From Bilabrum cf. latius (taxonomy: Eukaryota): DNA of 64,000 nucleotides. The number at the start of each line of letters is the position of its first letter. The first letter of the stretch is position 1. Location of the stretch: NCBI GenBank assembly GCA_965178125.1, contig OZ237756.1, positions 930,001 to 994,000 on the forward strand. Direction: 5' to 3'. Below the pieces are notes generated by a model, which was not told where the DNA came from, ran no database searches, and saw nothing but the letters and a program-made list of their open reading frames with translations. Below, in pieces: positions 1 to 10,202 of the stretch. Both the position numbers and the translations under genes were made by a program.

Positions 1-503
1 AGATCCGTCGAGGTCGCAAGGCGGGGCAGAGGTGGACCCCTGACGGGACAGAGGTGCTAGGGAGGTATGTGAGGGCAATGGGGGGAGACCTCAGCAGGGA
101 TCACGCGCCCGCGCCGGTGGGATCGTGTGAGATGCTCAGGCTGGGACCGGGAGCGGACGGCGGCGAGGGTGCGAGCTGGGCTGCGAGCACTCTGCCGGGA
201 GATTGCAGCAAGGGCGGTGGATCGGATGGGGGTCATCGTGCGGGAGAAAGCGCCGGAGACTCGCAGGAGAGTGGGAAGGATTCGGCGATTCGGTGGGGGC
301 GGCTGGCGGGACTAGCGGTGGGGCTGGCTGGATCATCTGTGCTGCTGCACTACATGCGCGACCATTGGAAACCGAAGGGGGGTGGTTTGGCGGGGCGAGT
401 GTACGACGCCTGTGCCATGCCTGGACAAGCCACTGTGAAGGGTGCTATGGCTGCGAAGCAAGCAGCATTGCAGTTGACAGCCCGTGGAAGCAGGACAATG
501 TGA
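1..503 (+). CDS. 3' part of a hypothetical protein with a C-terminal hydrophobic segment (5' end outside the window or uncertain)
   Basis: GC-rich open frame ending in TGA at 501-503, hydrophobic stretch WGRLAGLAVGLAGSSVLLHY, followed by AT-richer intergenic DNA. Confidence 0.4.
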   Translation, partial: IRRGRKAGQRWTPDGTEVLGRYVRAMGGDLSRDHAPAPVGSCEMLRLGPGADGGEGASWAASTLPGDCSKGGGSDGGHRAGESAGDSQESGKDSAIRWGRLAGLAVGLAGSSVLLHYMRDHWKPKGGGLAGRVYDACAMPGQATVKGAMAAKQAALQLTARGSRTM

Positions 504-738
504 TCCGTTGCTTTAAAAACTCCGTTTTGAGATTTGTATGTCCTACGGATCCAGATACATCCGATATTGCACTCGATCCGGATTCCGGAGTCCAGAATGG
601 ATCAGGTTTAGACCCCAGCCTGAGGGCCTGCTAAATCAATAGTTTCCTCTCGTCTACTGTGATTAATCAGCCTAAGATTCCCTTGTGCGCGTCTTTGCCC
701 GCCCGTCTATGCCTTTCTGCCAGAATCATCAGGTTGGG

Positions 739-3700
739 TCACAAAACCCCTGGGCTACCGTCTGTGTTGCCTAGCATCGCGAGGTTTCCTCTGGCATGAC
801 CCCCTACAGTTGCTCTATCTGAAGCATCGGCTGCGACTGAGCCGCCACGACTGTACTGGCCGGTGTGCATGTGCCGGGCAGGGTCAGCTGTTCGTTCGCG
901 AACGTTCAGCTGATACTGGCGTGATCTTGTGATCGTCCGGCGAGGTGTCATTCCGGTTCGAGTCTACACTGGGGAAAGAGAGAGATCAGCCCCTGCGCTT
1001 GACAGGACTAGCAAAGAAATACAGAAGCCGCCTTAGCCAGTAGCTTTTGTCTCTCCCACCCACCCAAGACTCGGCCAAGGGGGAGGCAGCCAAGAGGGCT
1101 GCCTGGGGATGTAGTGATTTGTGTGAATTGATTGACCCATTGGCAGGGAGTCGTTTCTCTGAGACGACGGGGCGCACCGGCCGTGCCGGCAGGGTTGCGG
1201 GCCAGTGGACCAGGTGACTCCGAGGCGGGAGCCCACCCCAGGTCCTGTGCCCCGTCGCTCTCTTTCTCAGCACCATTAACTGGTGGGTCTACACATTTGT
1301 TAATGAACTCCGAGCAAGCATTACAAGATCTGTCGCAGACTAAGCAGGACCTTACCTCTACTAACTTTGACGTGACCCCCCACAGTTGCTCTATCCGAAG
1401 AATCGGCTGCGACTGAGCCGCCACGACTGTACTGGCCGGTGTACATGCGCCGTCGCCGCCTACCCATGACCAGACCTGTACTATCACGAAGAATACGACG
1501 ACGACGGCCAAGCCGTGGAACCGCCAAGCCAACTGCTTCATCAGCCGCACCCCCAGCCTAACCCGAGTCCTGACGGGGCATCCTGCATATAGGGCACGTA
1601 CTTTCCCTACCCCTGTGCCTCTGCGCCTCAAACCACCCCTCAATGCAGTCCTTGTGGAACACATGCCCGCACTGCAGCGCCATAGGCTCGTGCTCACCCT
1701 CAGCATCCTTCACGTCATCTCCCAGACACACCAAGCACACACGATCATTATCGTCAGGGTCTCGCCCCTCATCCACCTCGCACGTGTCGGTGGTAGGCCC
1801 CACAAGCGCCCCGAGACAGGCCGCCCCGCCAGCAGCTGCTACTGCTTGCTTCAGCTCTTCTGACCCTGCAGCAATATTCCACAGGGCCCCAGCGGCCCAA
1901 GCTGACTCGATTCCCGCTCTCGATCTTTGCATAGCAACAAGTGCAGCCGGAACACCTGCATCGACAAGAGCTTGCTTGATGTCAACATACCCACGAGATA
2001 GGCTCAGGAGAGACCTAGCTGCATGTTCAGCCCCCCTTCCGTGGCTTGACTCCAGCAGGTTCACCAGACCGGGCAACGTGCCTGCATCCACGACAGCCTG
2101 CTTGAGAGCGTTTGATCCGGTACCAACACTCATGATGACCCTTGCCGCATGTTCTGCCTCCTTCCCCTTGCTCGAGCCCAGCAACAGAACCAGCCCTGTC
2201 AATGCACCTGCATCCACGACAGCCTGCTTGAGAGCGTTTGATCCGGTACCAACACTCATGATGACCCTTGCCGCATGTTCTGCCTCCTTCCCCTTGCTCG
2301 AGCCCAGCAACAGAACCAGCCCTGTCAATGCACCTGCATCCACGACAGCCTGCTTGAGAGCGTTTGATCCGGTACCAACACTCATGATGACCCTTGCCGC
2401 ATGTTCTGCCTCCTTCCCCTTGCTCGAGCCCAGCAACAGAACCAGCCCTGTCAATGCACCTGCATCCACCACAGCCTGTCTCAGGCTGTCCGATCCAGAG
2501 GCAACGTTGAAAAGAACACGAGCTGCTTCCTCCACCGCGTTGCCCTTGTCAGAGCCCAGCAGCTCCACCAGCTGTGCCAATGCGCCGGCATCCACCACCG
2601 ACTGCTTCATCGCATCCGATCCAGCGGTGATGCTTACGAGCGCGCTAGCTGCCTGCTCAATCTCTGCGCCGTTGCTGGATTCCAGGAGTGCGGCCAGCTT
2701 GGGCAGCACACATGCCTGAACAGCTGCACGCCTAGCTTCTTCGCAGCTCGCACATACTTGCTGTAGCACGAACGCCCCCATCCTTGCGCCCAGCATACAT
2801 TCGTTATCAAGGCTCTTCACAATCCGATTCAATTCACCGTCTCTTGACAGCAGTTGCGCTGTTACAGCAGAGATGGTGCTATTCACGGCCTATTTTACCA
2901 CTGCAGGAGTTTCCTGGTCCGAACGACCTTTTGCGTTTGCGACCAGCCGCCACAGGATCGCGTAAATACCATCCCAGTCTCCCAACGCGCGAAGGCCATC
3001 CACCTGTTCTGACACTTTGGCAACGTCTGTCTCGCACATACCGCTGCCAGCCGTTACAGGAGACACGTGTGCGCTCACGCCCTGTGAAGAGTAATGCCCC
3101 CTCCTCGATCGCAGCACCTCCACAGCCTCTTCTACACTCGTCCTGTCTCCAGGGTCGATGCGCAGGAGGCCACGCACCATGTCAGCAAACCATCGAGGAC
3201 ACTTCACCAGTGCACCAATAGACGCCAGCGGACTGCATGACTGCAAATCACATGCCAGCTCTCCTGGTTTAGTCTTGGTGCCCTCCTGCAGTTCAGCAGG
3301 ATACGAGTCCCCGAACGGGTGCTGCCCTCCCGTGGCCAGCTCATGCAATAGCACGCCCAGCCCCCATGACGCCTGCTTGCCGAAAGGCACCACAGCTGAA
3401 TCATCACCTGCCGCCCCCTTGCTCCACCCGTCCAGCACCTCAGGGGCCAGATGGGCCTGGTTGCCGCCCAGCCCGTCACCGGTTGCCCGGAGATATCTGA
3501 AGGTGACCCGATTCAGCACCGCCTCCACACTAGGCCGGCCTGCAAACATGCTGGCATCACTACCTGCGCCAGTGGCCGCGGCAGTGGCTCTCGCAGGGTC
3601 AGATGAGGATGATGCAGCAGCCTCTGGATACACACGCAGCGAGCACCCCAGGCCAGTCAGCACCGCACGACCCACCCCTTCCGGACCCCCCTTCGAGTCC

Positions 3701-4375
3701 CACATCACGTTGTCCAGCTTCAGGTCACGGTGCACCACCCCGTGCTGGAGCAGGTGGTGCACGCCCTCCGCAATGTCAGAGAAGAGCTGGATCAGCACGT
3801 CGTCAGGCATGTATCCGGGCACATCTAGGCTCGCGGCTGGATCCTCCTCAATCACCTCCAGGTGGTCGCACACCCGTATCTTAAACAACTCCATGCCCAC
3901 CATCCTGGCCTTCCAGGGCCGCAGAGGGGCGGTACTAATGGATGGCCCAGCTTCGCCGATACTGCCACTGCCAGCATGGTTGCACACCAAACTCGGATCA
4001 GGCAGCATCTCCACCATCCACAGGGGGGGGCTCACACACGCACTCGAATAGGACGCGAGCCACGTTGCGGTGCTCGGGCACGCGAGCGAGCACGTCGAAC
4101 TCTTTCTGGACGTCTGTCATTTGCTGACTGGATGTCGGTCGATCCCAGTTGAAGACAGCGGCCACCTGCACTTGATCGGGAACGGGCAAACCATTGCCAA
4201 AGCTGTCAAGCGAGCTGCGTTTTGGAGTCTCAATGCGGTACACAGCCGCCTGCTGCGTTGTCCCGTCCAGCACGCTGTCGATATGCAGGACCTCCTTTCT
4301 GCATGCTGGCTCCCTGCACTGATCCCATAACCAATTCGAAAGCTGCTATGTTTGATGAATTCGGCCTTGTCTCAT
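739..4375 (-). CDS. PINK1-like (pseudo)kinase + armadillo repeats + RING-H2 fusion protein (UAG=Gln; apparent +1 frameshift at G8 run 4023-4030; 3' exons uncertain)
   Basis: HRDLKLDN and GGNQAHLAPEV kinase motifs in ORF 2890-4035. This ORF is joined in frame via TAG 2890-2892 to ORF 1558-2886, which has 42-aa ARM repeats and a C3H2C3 RING (CLVC...CGHVFHKDC...CPIC). ATG at 4373-4375 is in frame with ORF 3998-4273 through one TAG. ORFs 1321-1527 and 739-951 are in the same frame, with a probable intron near 1290-1355. Confidence 0.7.
2081..2470 (-). repeat. Three essentially identical 126-bp tandem units encoding 42-aa armadillo repeats
   Basis: CCTGCATCCAC recurs at 2081, 2207, 2333 and 2459; peptide LKQAVVDAGALTGLVLLLGSSKGKEAEHAARVIMSVGTGSNA is repeated. 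Confidence 0.95.
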
Positions 4376-4783
4376 ATGTCTGTGTACTTCTGTTACGTTG
4401 AGTGTTGATAAATGATCAAGCGACGTTGCACGATTCCTAGCACCATTGCATTGGCTGCCCTGGCCTAACTAAGTGGCTGGTCTAGGAGGACCGGTGCCAG
4501 TAGACGCACAACGTGAACTTAATACTCCCATTACAAATGCGCGCGGCGACTGTGGGCAGCTCAGAGTCCTTCTCTCTTCCCAGTTTTTGGGCCAAGAGTA
4601 GATCTAGTCTATGGGTGGAAACTTTAACCGGAATTCGAGCACTGGACAAAACACGCGATCCGCAATCCTTTTTTTTGGGGATACTAGCCTCATGAGCGGC
4701 TGATGACCCGATACGAAACGTTCGGTGTCTTTGACATCTGGTGGAAGGTATTCGCGAAGGGGCATGGCGATATGCACAATGCA

Positions 4784-6217
4784 TCAGCCCCGCCGGACCC
4801 TCAGCTTGCTCGGTACCTCGCCCGCCCCCAAGCCCCGCACAGCCCACAGCCGCTCCGCCCTCGCCACCGGCCTGCCGCCGCACTTGAGACCCCTCGCCTG
4901 AAGCTGCTGCTTGAGTCCCTCAGCACCCAGTGACTCCAGCAAAGCATCAGGGGAGCTGTATGCCATCAGATCCACCGGGTCGACTGCACTAGCGTGGCAG
5001 GCGGAGGGCTGTGCTGCATCGTGGGTGCCACTCTGGTCGGTCCTTGGCCGTTTGCTGGCCGGGGCGTCCTACGGCGGGGCTGCGCGTTTGGCACCGGCAG
5101 CCGATCCAGCGGTGGATTCTGCGGCTGATCCCGTGCTGGTGGATGCATCTGCTCCAGCAGGTGCTGCTACCGCTGTTGCTGAGTCCTGGCGAGCCTCCCG
5201 CCCGCTGTTCCCCACGGTTGCCGTTGCTGCTGTCCCTGCTGGTTCGCCTAGCTCAGCTGGCATGCCTTGCGCTTGCGGTTCTGCTTCTAAATTTGCCTTT
5301 TCTGATTGCGCTTCTGCTTCTGCGGGATGGCACGGGGCCCAGCGGCGCCACCCGCCCCCCGCTGCCATCACGGCAGGCCAGAACTGATCCGATCCCTGGG
5401 GCTGATCCGATCCACCAGAGCTCGACACCTCCCCAACTGCCATGCCCTGCTACGGGGGGTGGGCAAAGGGGCATAACCCCACATTGACCACCACCGCCTC
5501 CCCAGCCTCCACGGATACGGCAGGCCGCAAGGACACGCCCGGCCGATCCTCGCCCAGCGCGCCGGGGGCCCAGCCAAGCCATTCCCCCCCGAGACTGTAA
5601 CCCAGACGAGCACCCCGTCCACTCGTCACACCGTTCATGTCGACCCACACGCCCAGCACCTCGCCGGCACGCCACGGACGGCCGAACGGCACGGCGGCTC
5701 CTGCCGCCCACGCCTGTCCCCGGGCGGTGTCAAACCCGTGTGACGAGTGCCCGTCCCCCACCCCCTCCTGTTCCCTGCTGCTGCACTCCCGCGGCAGCTC
5801 GGGTGCCGCCCACCCCGCTTGGCACAGACCTCCCGTGAGCGATGTCACTTCGTAGTACCACCTGCCCGCGGGGGCTGCGCACTCGCCCGCCCACACCGTG
5901 GGGAAGGCACCAGTAGCGTGCACTTCTGCTACGCCCATGTTGCTGCTGCTCGCCGGCCCCTGCTCCCCCCCTTCGCTCGCTGCGGCACCAGCCCCATCAC
6001 CAGCACTTCCGCCAGCGACATCATCCTCATCGTCTTGCTGCCACGAGCCGAATCGAACATCCACATCGCACTCGTCACACAGGCATTCCAGCCAGGTTTC
6101 AGGAACCGAGGCAGGTGCCGTGCCAGCCGCACCACTGGAAGGTGCAGCAGCCTGGGCGCTGGAAGCAGAGGCACAGGCAGAGGATGCTGGTGCTGATGCT
6201 GCTGGTACTAGCGCTGG

Positions 6218-6273
<56 letters not shown>

Positions 6274-7267
6274 CCGAAGTCGAATCGGTGGGCAGCTGCG
6301 GTGCCAGGCCAGGTTTCGTATCCGAGTCCACGCCCCCCGCGACCAATTCCGGGTCCTCGAGACCTTCGATCGGGGCCAGCGAACCCGCCAGTGAACCTTC
6401 GTCCAGCGAGAGACTCTGCTCCACCCCCATCCCGCGCCGCACAGCAGCCAGAGTGGGGTGTTCCCTTGCCCCTGCCCCTGCCCCTGCTCCACCCACACCT
6501 CCCAGCCCACCGCCGGTCTCCATGCCCCTTGCCGCCTGCTGCACGTAGCTGTCCTCCGCCTGGAGACGGGCCGCCTTCCTCGCGTCTCGGTCAGCCTGCT
6601 TGCGCGCGGCGCCTCTTTCCTGGTTCCGCAGCAGCCTGGCTTCCCGGCGCGCCTCCCGCTCCCGGACTCTCGCGCCCGACCCATCGGTGGCCTTGCGACC
6701 CCCCACGGCCTCCAGCCAGCTGGGCGTACCGAGATGCCAGCCTTCGATCCCAGCGGTTCCTCTCGCCTCCGTGTAGGCGCTGCCTAGCTTCTTGCGCCGG
6801 TCCTGCTCCTCCGGTGAAGCCCACCGGCGCAGACGCACCTCGTTGTTCACGTGGCGCAGCCGCCGCCCGTTCAAATCTCTGCAGGCGCCAAAATCAACAA
6901 TCTTGCGAGCGAAGCCAGTTTTAGATTCCCGCTTCAGATTTGCCGCAAAACCGCCCTTTCCACCGAGAAGGCTTGCCCTCTCTGGCACGACTGATATGTG
7001 AGCACATCTGTAGCAACCACTAGTGTTCGAAGGGTCCGCGCTCGCTTCCTCGATGCTGTTATGAATTAACACCTTTAGTGCAACTTGCAGAAGGCCCCGG
7101 TCGGCTAGGAGCCGCCGCGCCAAGTCCAGAGCCGTAATGCGCAATACCTGCCTAGTGAGCGAAGCCACCTCTGTCCGGTGAAGCGATGGCTCATTGAGCA
7201 AGCCTTGAAGATCAATAAAGATCTCAGGCATGATTCGCGATAAATCAGTGGGGAATGTGGTGTGCAC
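4784..7267 (-). CDS. SDE2: SDE2-like replication-stress/splicing factor with internal SPRY-like domain and C-terminal SAP domain (5' end uncertain)
   Basis: LLGGKGGF...ACRDLNGRRLRHVN (SDE2 signature); GRWYYEV...CQAGWA...GVGD...SHGFD (SPRY-like); LGAEGLKQQLQARGLKCGG...RAERLW (SAP). ORFs 5450-7267, 5069-5443 and 4784-4975 are one frame joined by TAG at 5450 and 5069; ends TGA. Confidence 0.8.
6218..6272 (+). repeat. (GAT)n microsatellite encoding poly-Ser in SDE2
   Basis: perfect trinucleotide run. Confidence 0.95.
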
Positions 7268-7789
7268 GATGAAATCACGCGATTCGGTGCACTTTCTGAG
7301 GTCAATATCCGGAGTCGAAAATTAGCTTGGCCAACACCGACTTCAACCGCATAGACTACGCCAAAGGATGCCTCGCCGTGATAAGCGTGACGCGAAATAG
7401 TTCGAAAGCGTACTTCTCCAGCAGCTGGAATCGAAGGCTGGAACCCAGACTGTGGTTCTTGTTGCTAGGGCTGGTGTGAGACCATTGCAATTCACGAACA
7501 GCTTCAATTGCTCCTCCAACAATGCCTCACATCATCATGCATGCACGTATACAACCCTAAACGAGCAGTATGATTGGAAAAACATGCATAAATAGAGTTT
7601 ATCCTTCGTTGGAGAGATCTCTTCCGGAACTAGCGGAGCACCGAGCGCACTTGCAGTTCGCAGCAGCTGCAGCACTGCAGCTGCTGTCGCATCTGGCAAC
7701 TCTCAATGTGAACGTGAGCACGTATAAGCACGGACTGATGACTAAAATCGCTTGGTATGCCGCACCTAAACTTTCGAATGGTCCTGCAG

Positions 7790-9750
7790 TCTCTGCGGCG
7801 CAGTCCGGAGCGTGTCGGAGTGGTTCAACCTGCAGACTGCAACGAGTGCGTCAGCTGAACATAGCAAAGACACCACTTTGGCGTCAGGATCTCTTATGCC
7901 TAGACTTGTTCCTATGGCACCGGCAGGTACTGGCACATTGAGGGCCATTGCTGGGTCAGCCAGGCGCAATGCTGCAGTTGGTGGGCATTGCGGACCGACG
8001 GAAGCGCTGCAACACGCAGAGCCAACCTCAGCAACAGCCCCGAAAAAATCTGTCCGATTCGTGAAAGGCAGTGATGCGAAGTCCGTGACGGTAAAAGGAA
8101 AGAAGAGGAAACGAGATGAGGCCCTGGTCACCTCAACATCAAAGAAAGAATCTAAAAAAAGCAAACGATAGAGCAAAAAAGCAAGAACTAGCAGTTGATG
8201 AGGCATATTGTAACTGGGAATTGAAACAATGTTTATTCATTTTCAAGCTACATGGTTCGCGGTCACAAAGCATCAGGGTATCCATAATCATTTATTTGCG
8301 AGTCAATTATCTTCCATCGTATCTGCACATAAATAATTTTAATGAAGCCCCAGACGTTATTCTTGACAATGACTTTACTTAGTCACTACATCTAATACGA
8401 TTGCACATCTCGTTAATACTACAGATTGAACCACTTCGTACCATGATTTAGGCTGGTGGAACCTTGTCGAGAACTGTTGCCAGAAAAGTTCTGAGGGAGC
8501 CATTTGGTGTAAGCGGTGATCTTCTCATTGAAATTCTGACAACATTTGATTGATATCATCCACGAATTTTAATACATTAATGTTATGGAGACCAACTAAA
8601 TGAAAGCGGCGATCTTCTCCTAACACTTTCGTGACTTCGATTGGTATGGTTGAACAGCATCTTTACCCTTGTAACCGACAAACCTATGAACAAGTACCAT
8701 ACAAAATGCAGAACACAAATATTAATTGTTATAATATATTGTCAAACTTATTCCTTATTATCGTATACACAGTTCATGTTTCTTGTTAAATATCAAGTTG
8801 TTGTTATGATAAAAGCAGCTTAGGTTACTGATGCAGTGATGACACGAGCGGTCTTATGACGGTATCCTTATGCAGTTAAATTACAGACACCAAAGTATAT
8901 CGGTTTATTAGTACCAGTCTTGACTTAATATTGTGACTGCTTAATATATCGGTATAAATAAAATGGAGCGACTTCTTAACAAAGAAGAAGTATTTCCTTC
9001 ACATGATGCTAATGACAGATTGTGGCTTGTATTACAATGAGAACGAACAGCTGTTGCCGACACAATGACTTGCCAATAAATTGCTTTTATAGGTCAGAAG
9101 TTTGCTATGCCAGAGCTGATCGTTACCATTGGGTATTGGTGATACTATCTCTCAGCACAAAGGGTCGAGACATTCTCATGTACATCTCCATGACTTGCTG
9201 ACTCATCTAGGAAAGATTGAGCTCGTCAATATCGAAATTACAATATTTTTGATTTCAAATTCTTCTTTTATGAACAACCAAGAGAATAGACAGTAACATA
9301 GACAAGTATTATAATTTTGATATCTATATATGTTCAACTCACCAGAGCATAACATTCTCTGCGGCGCAGTCCGGAGCGTGTCGGAGTGGTTCAACCTGCA
9401 GACTGCAACGAGTGCGTCAGCTGAACATAGCAAAGACACCACTTTGGCGTCAGGATCTCTTATGCCTTAGGAAAAAATCTGTCCGATTCGTGAAAGGCAG
9501 TGATGCGAAGTCCGTGACGGTAAAAGGAAAGAAGAGGAAACGAGATGAGGCCCTGGTCACCTCAACATCAAAGAAAGAATCTAAAAAAAGCAAACGATAG
9601 AGCAAAAAAGCAAGAACTAGCAGTTGATGAGGCATATTGTAACTGGGAATTGAAACAATGTTTATTCATTTTCAAGCTACATGGTTCGCGGTCACAAAGC
9701 ATCAGGGTATCCATAATCATTTATTTGCGAGTCAATTATCTTCCATCTTA
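7790..9750 (+). repeat. Dispersed direct duplication (about 7790-7900 + 8042-8320 repeated at about 9356-9750) in an AT-rich island
   Basis: Identical text TCTCTGCGGCGCAGTCCGGAG... and GAAAAAATCTGTCCGATTC...CTTCCATC in both places; the second copy lacks about 140 bp of the interior. Confidence 0.9.
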
Positions 9751-10202
9751 TCTGCCGTTAATTTTTATACCATTCTAACAGTCTACATTCTTTGTCCTCC
9801 TCACAAGAGCATAAATGTAGTATTGCATTGGTTTGAGGACATCAATTGAATTTTGGAGGTGTTTAAGGGAGAAGATCGTTACTTTCACTCACTTGCTGTC
9901 CGGGACATGAATGTATGGTAATGTTTGCATGATATCAAACGTATATTGATTGGGCTTCCTAACATATTGGGATTATCAGCTGAATATCATTCTACTTGTT
10001 CCAAAATACAAAATGGTATCAAAATGGAACGCCATGTTTGATTGAATTCTACACAATGACAACACAACGCTGAAATATGACAATGTAATTTGTGGAATTG
10101 AACTTATAAATCGATAATCTAATTGTCCTCGGTGGTTGATTTGGAAAGCGAATTGCAGAACAACCATCAAATAAAATGATTCTTGTGCGTGCATTGCCAC
10201 GT

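Noticed and set aside
500-610. Cluster of GATCC/GGATC motifs suggesting a MITE remnant
   Set aside because: No clear terminal inverted repeats or target-site duplication
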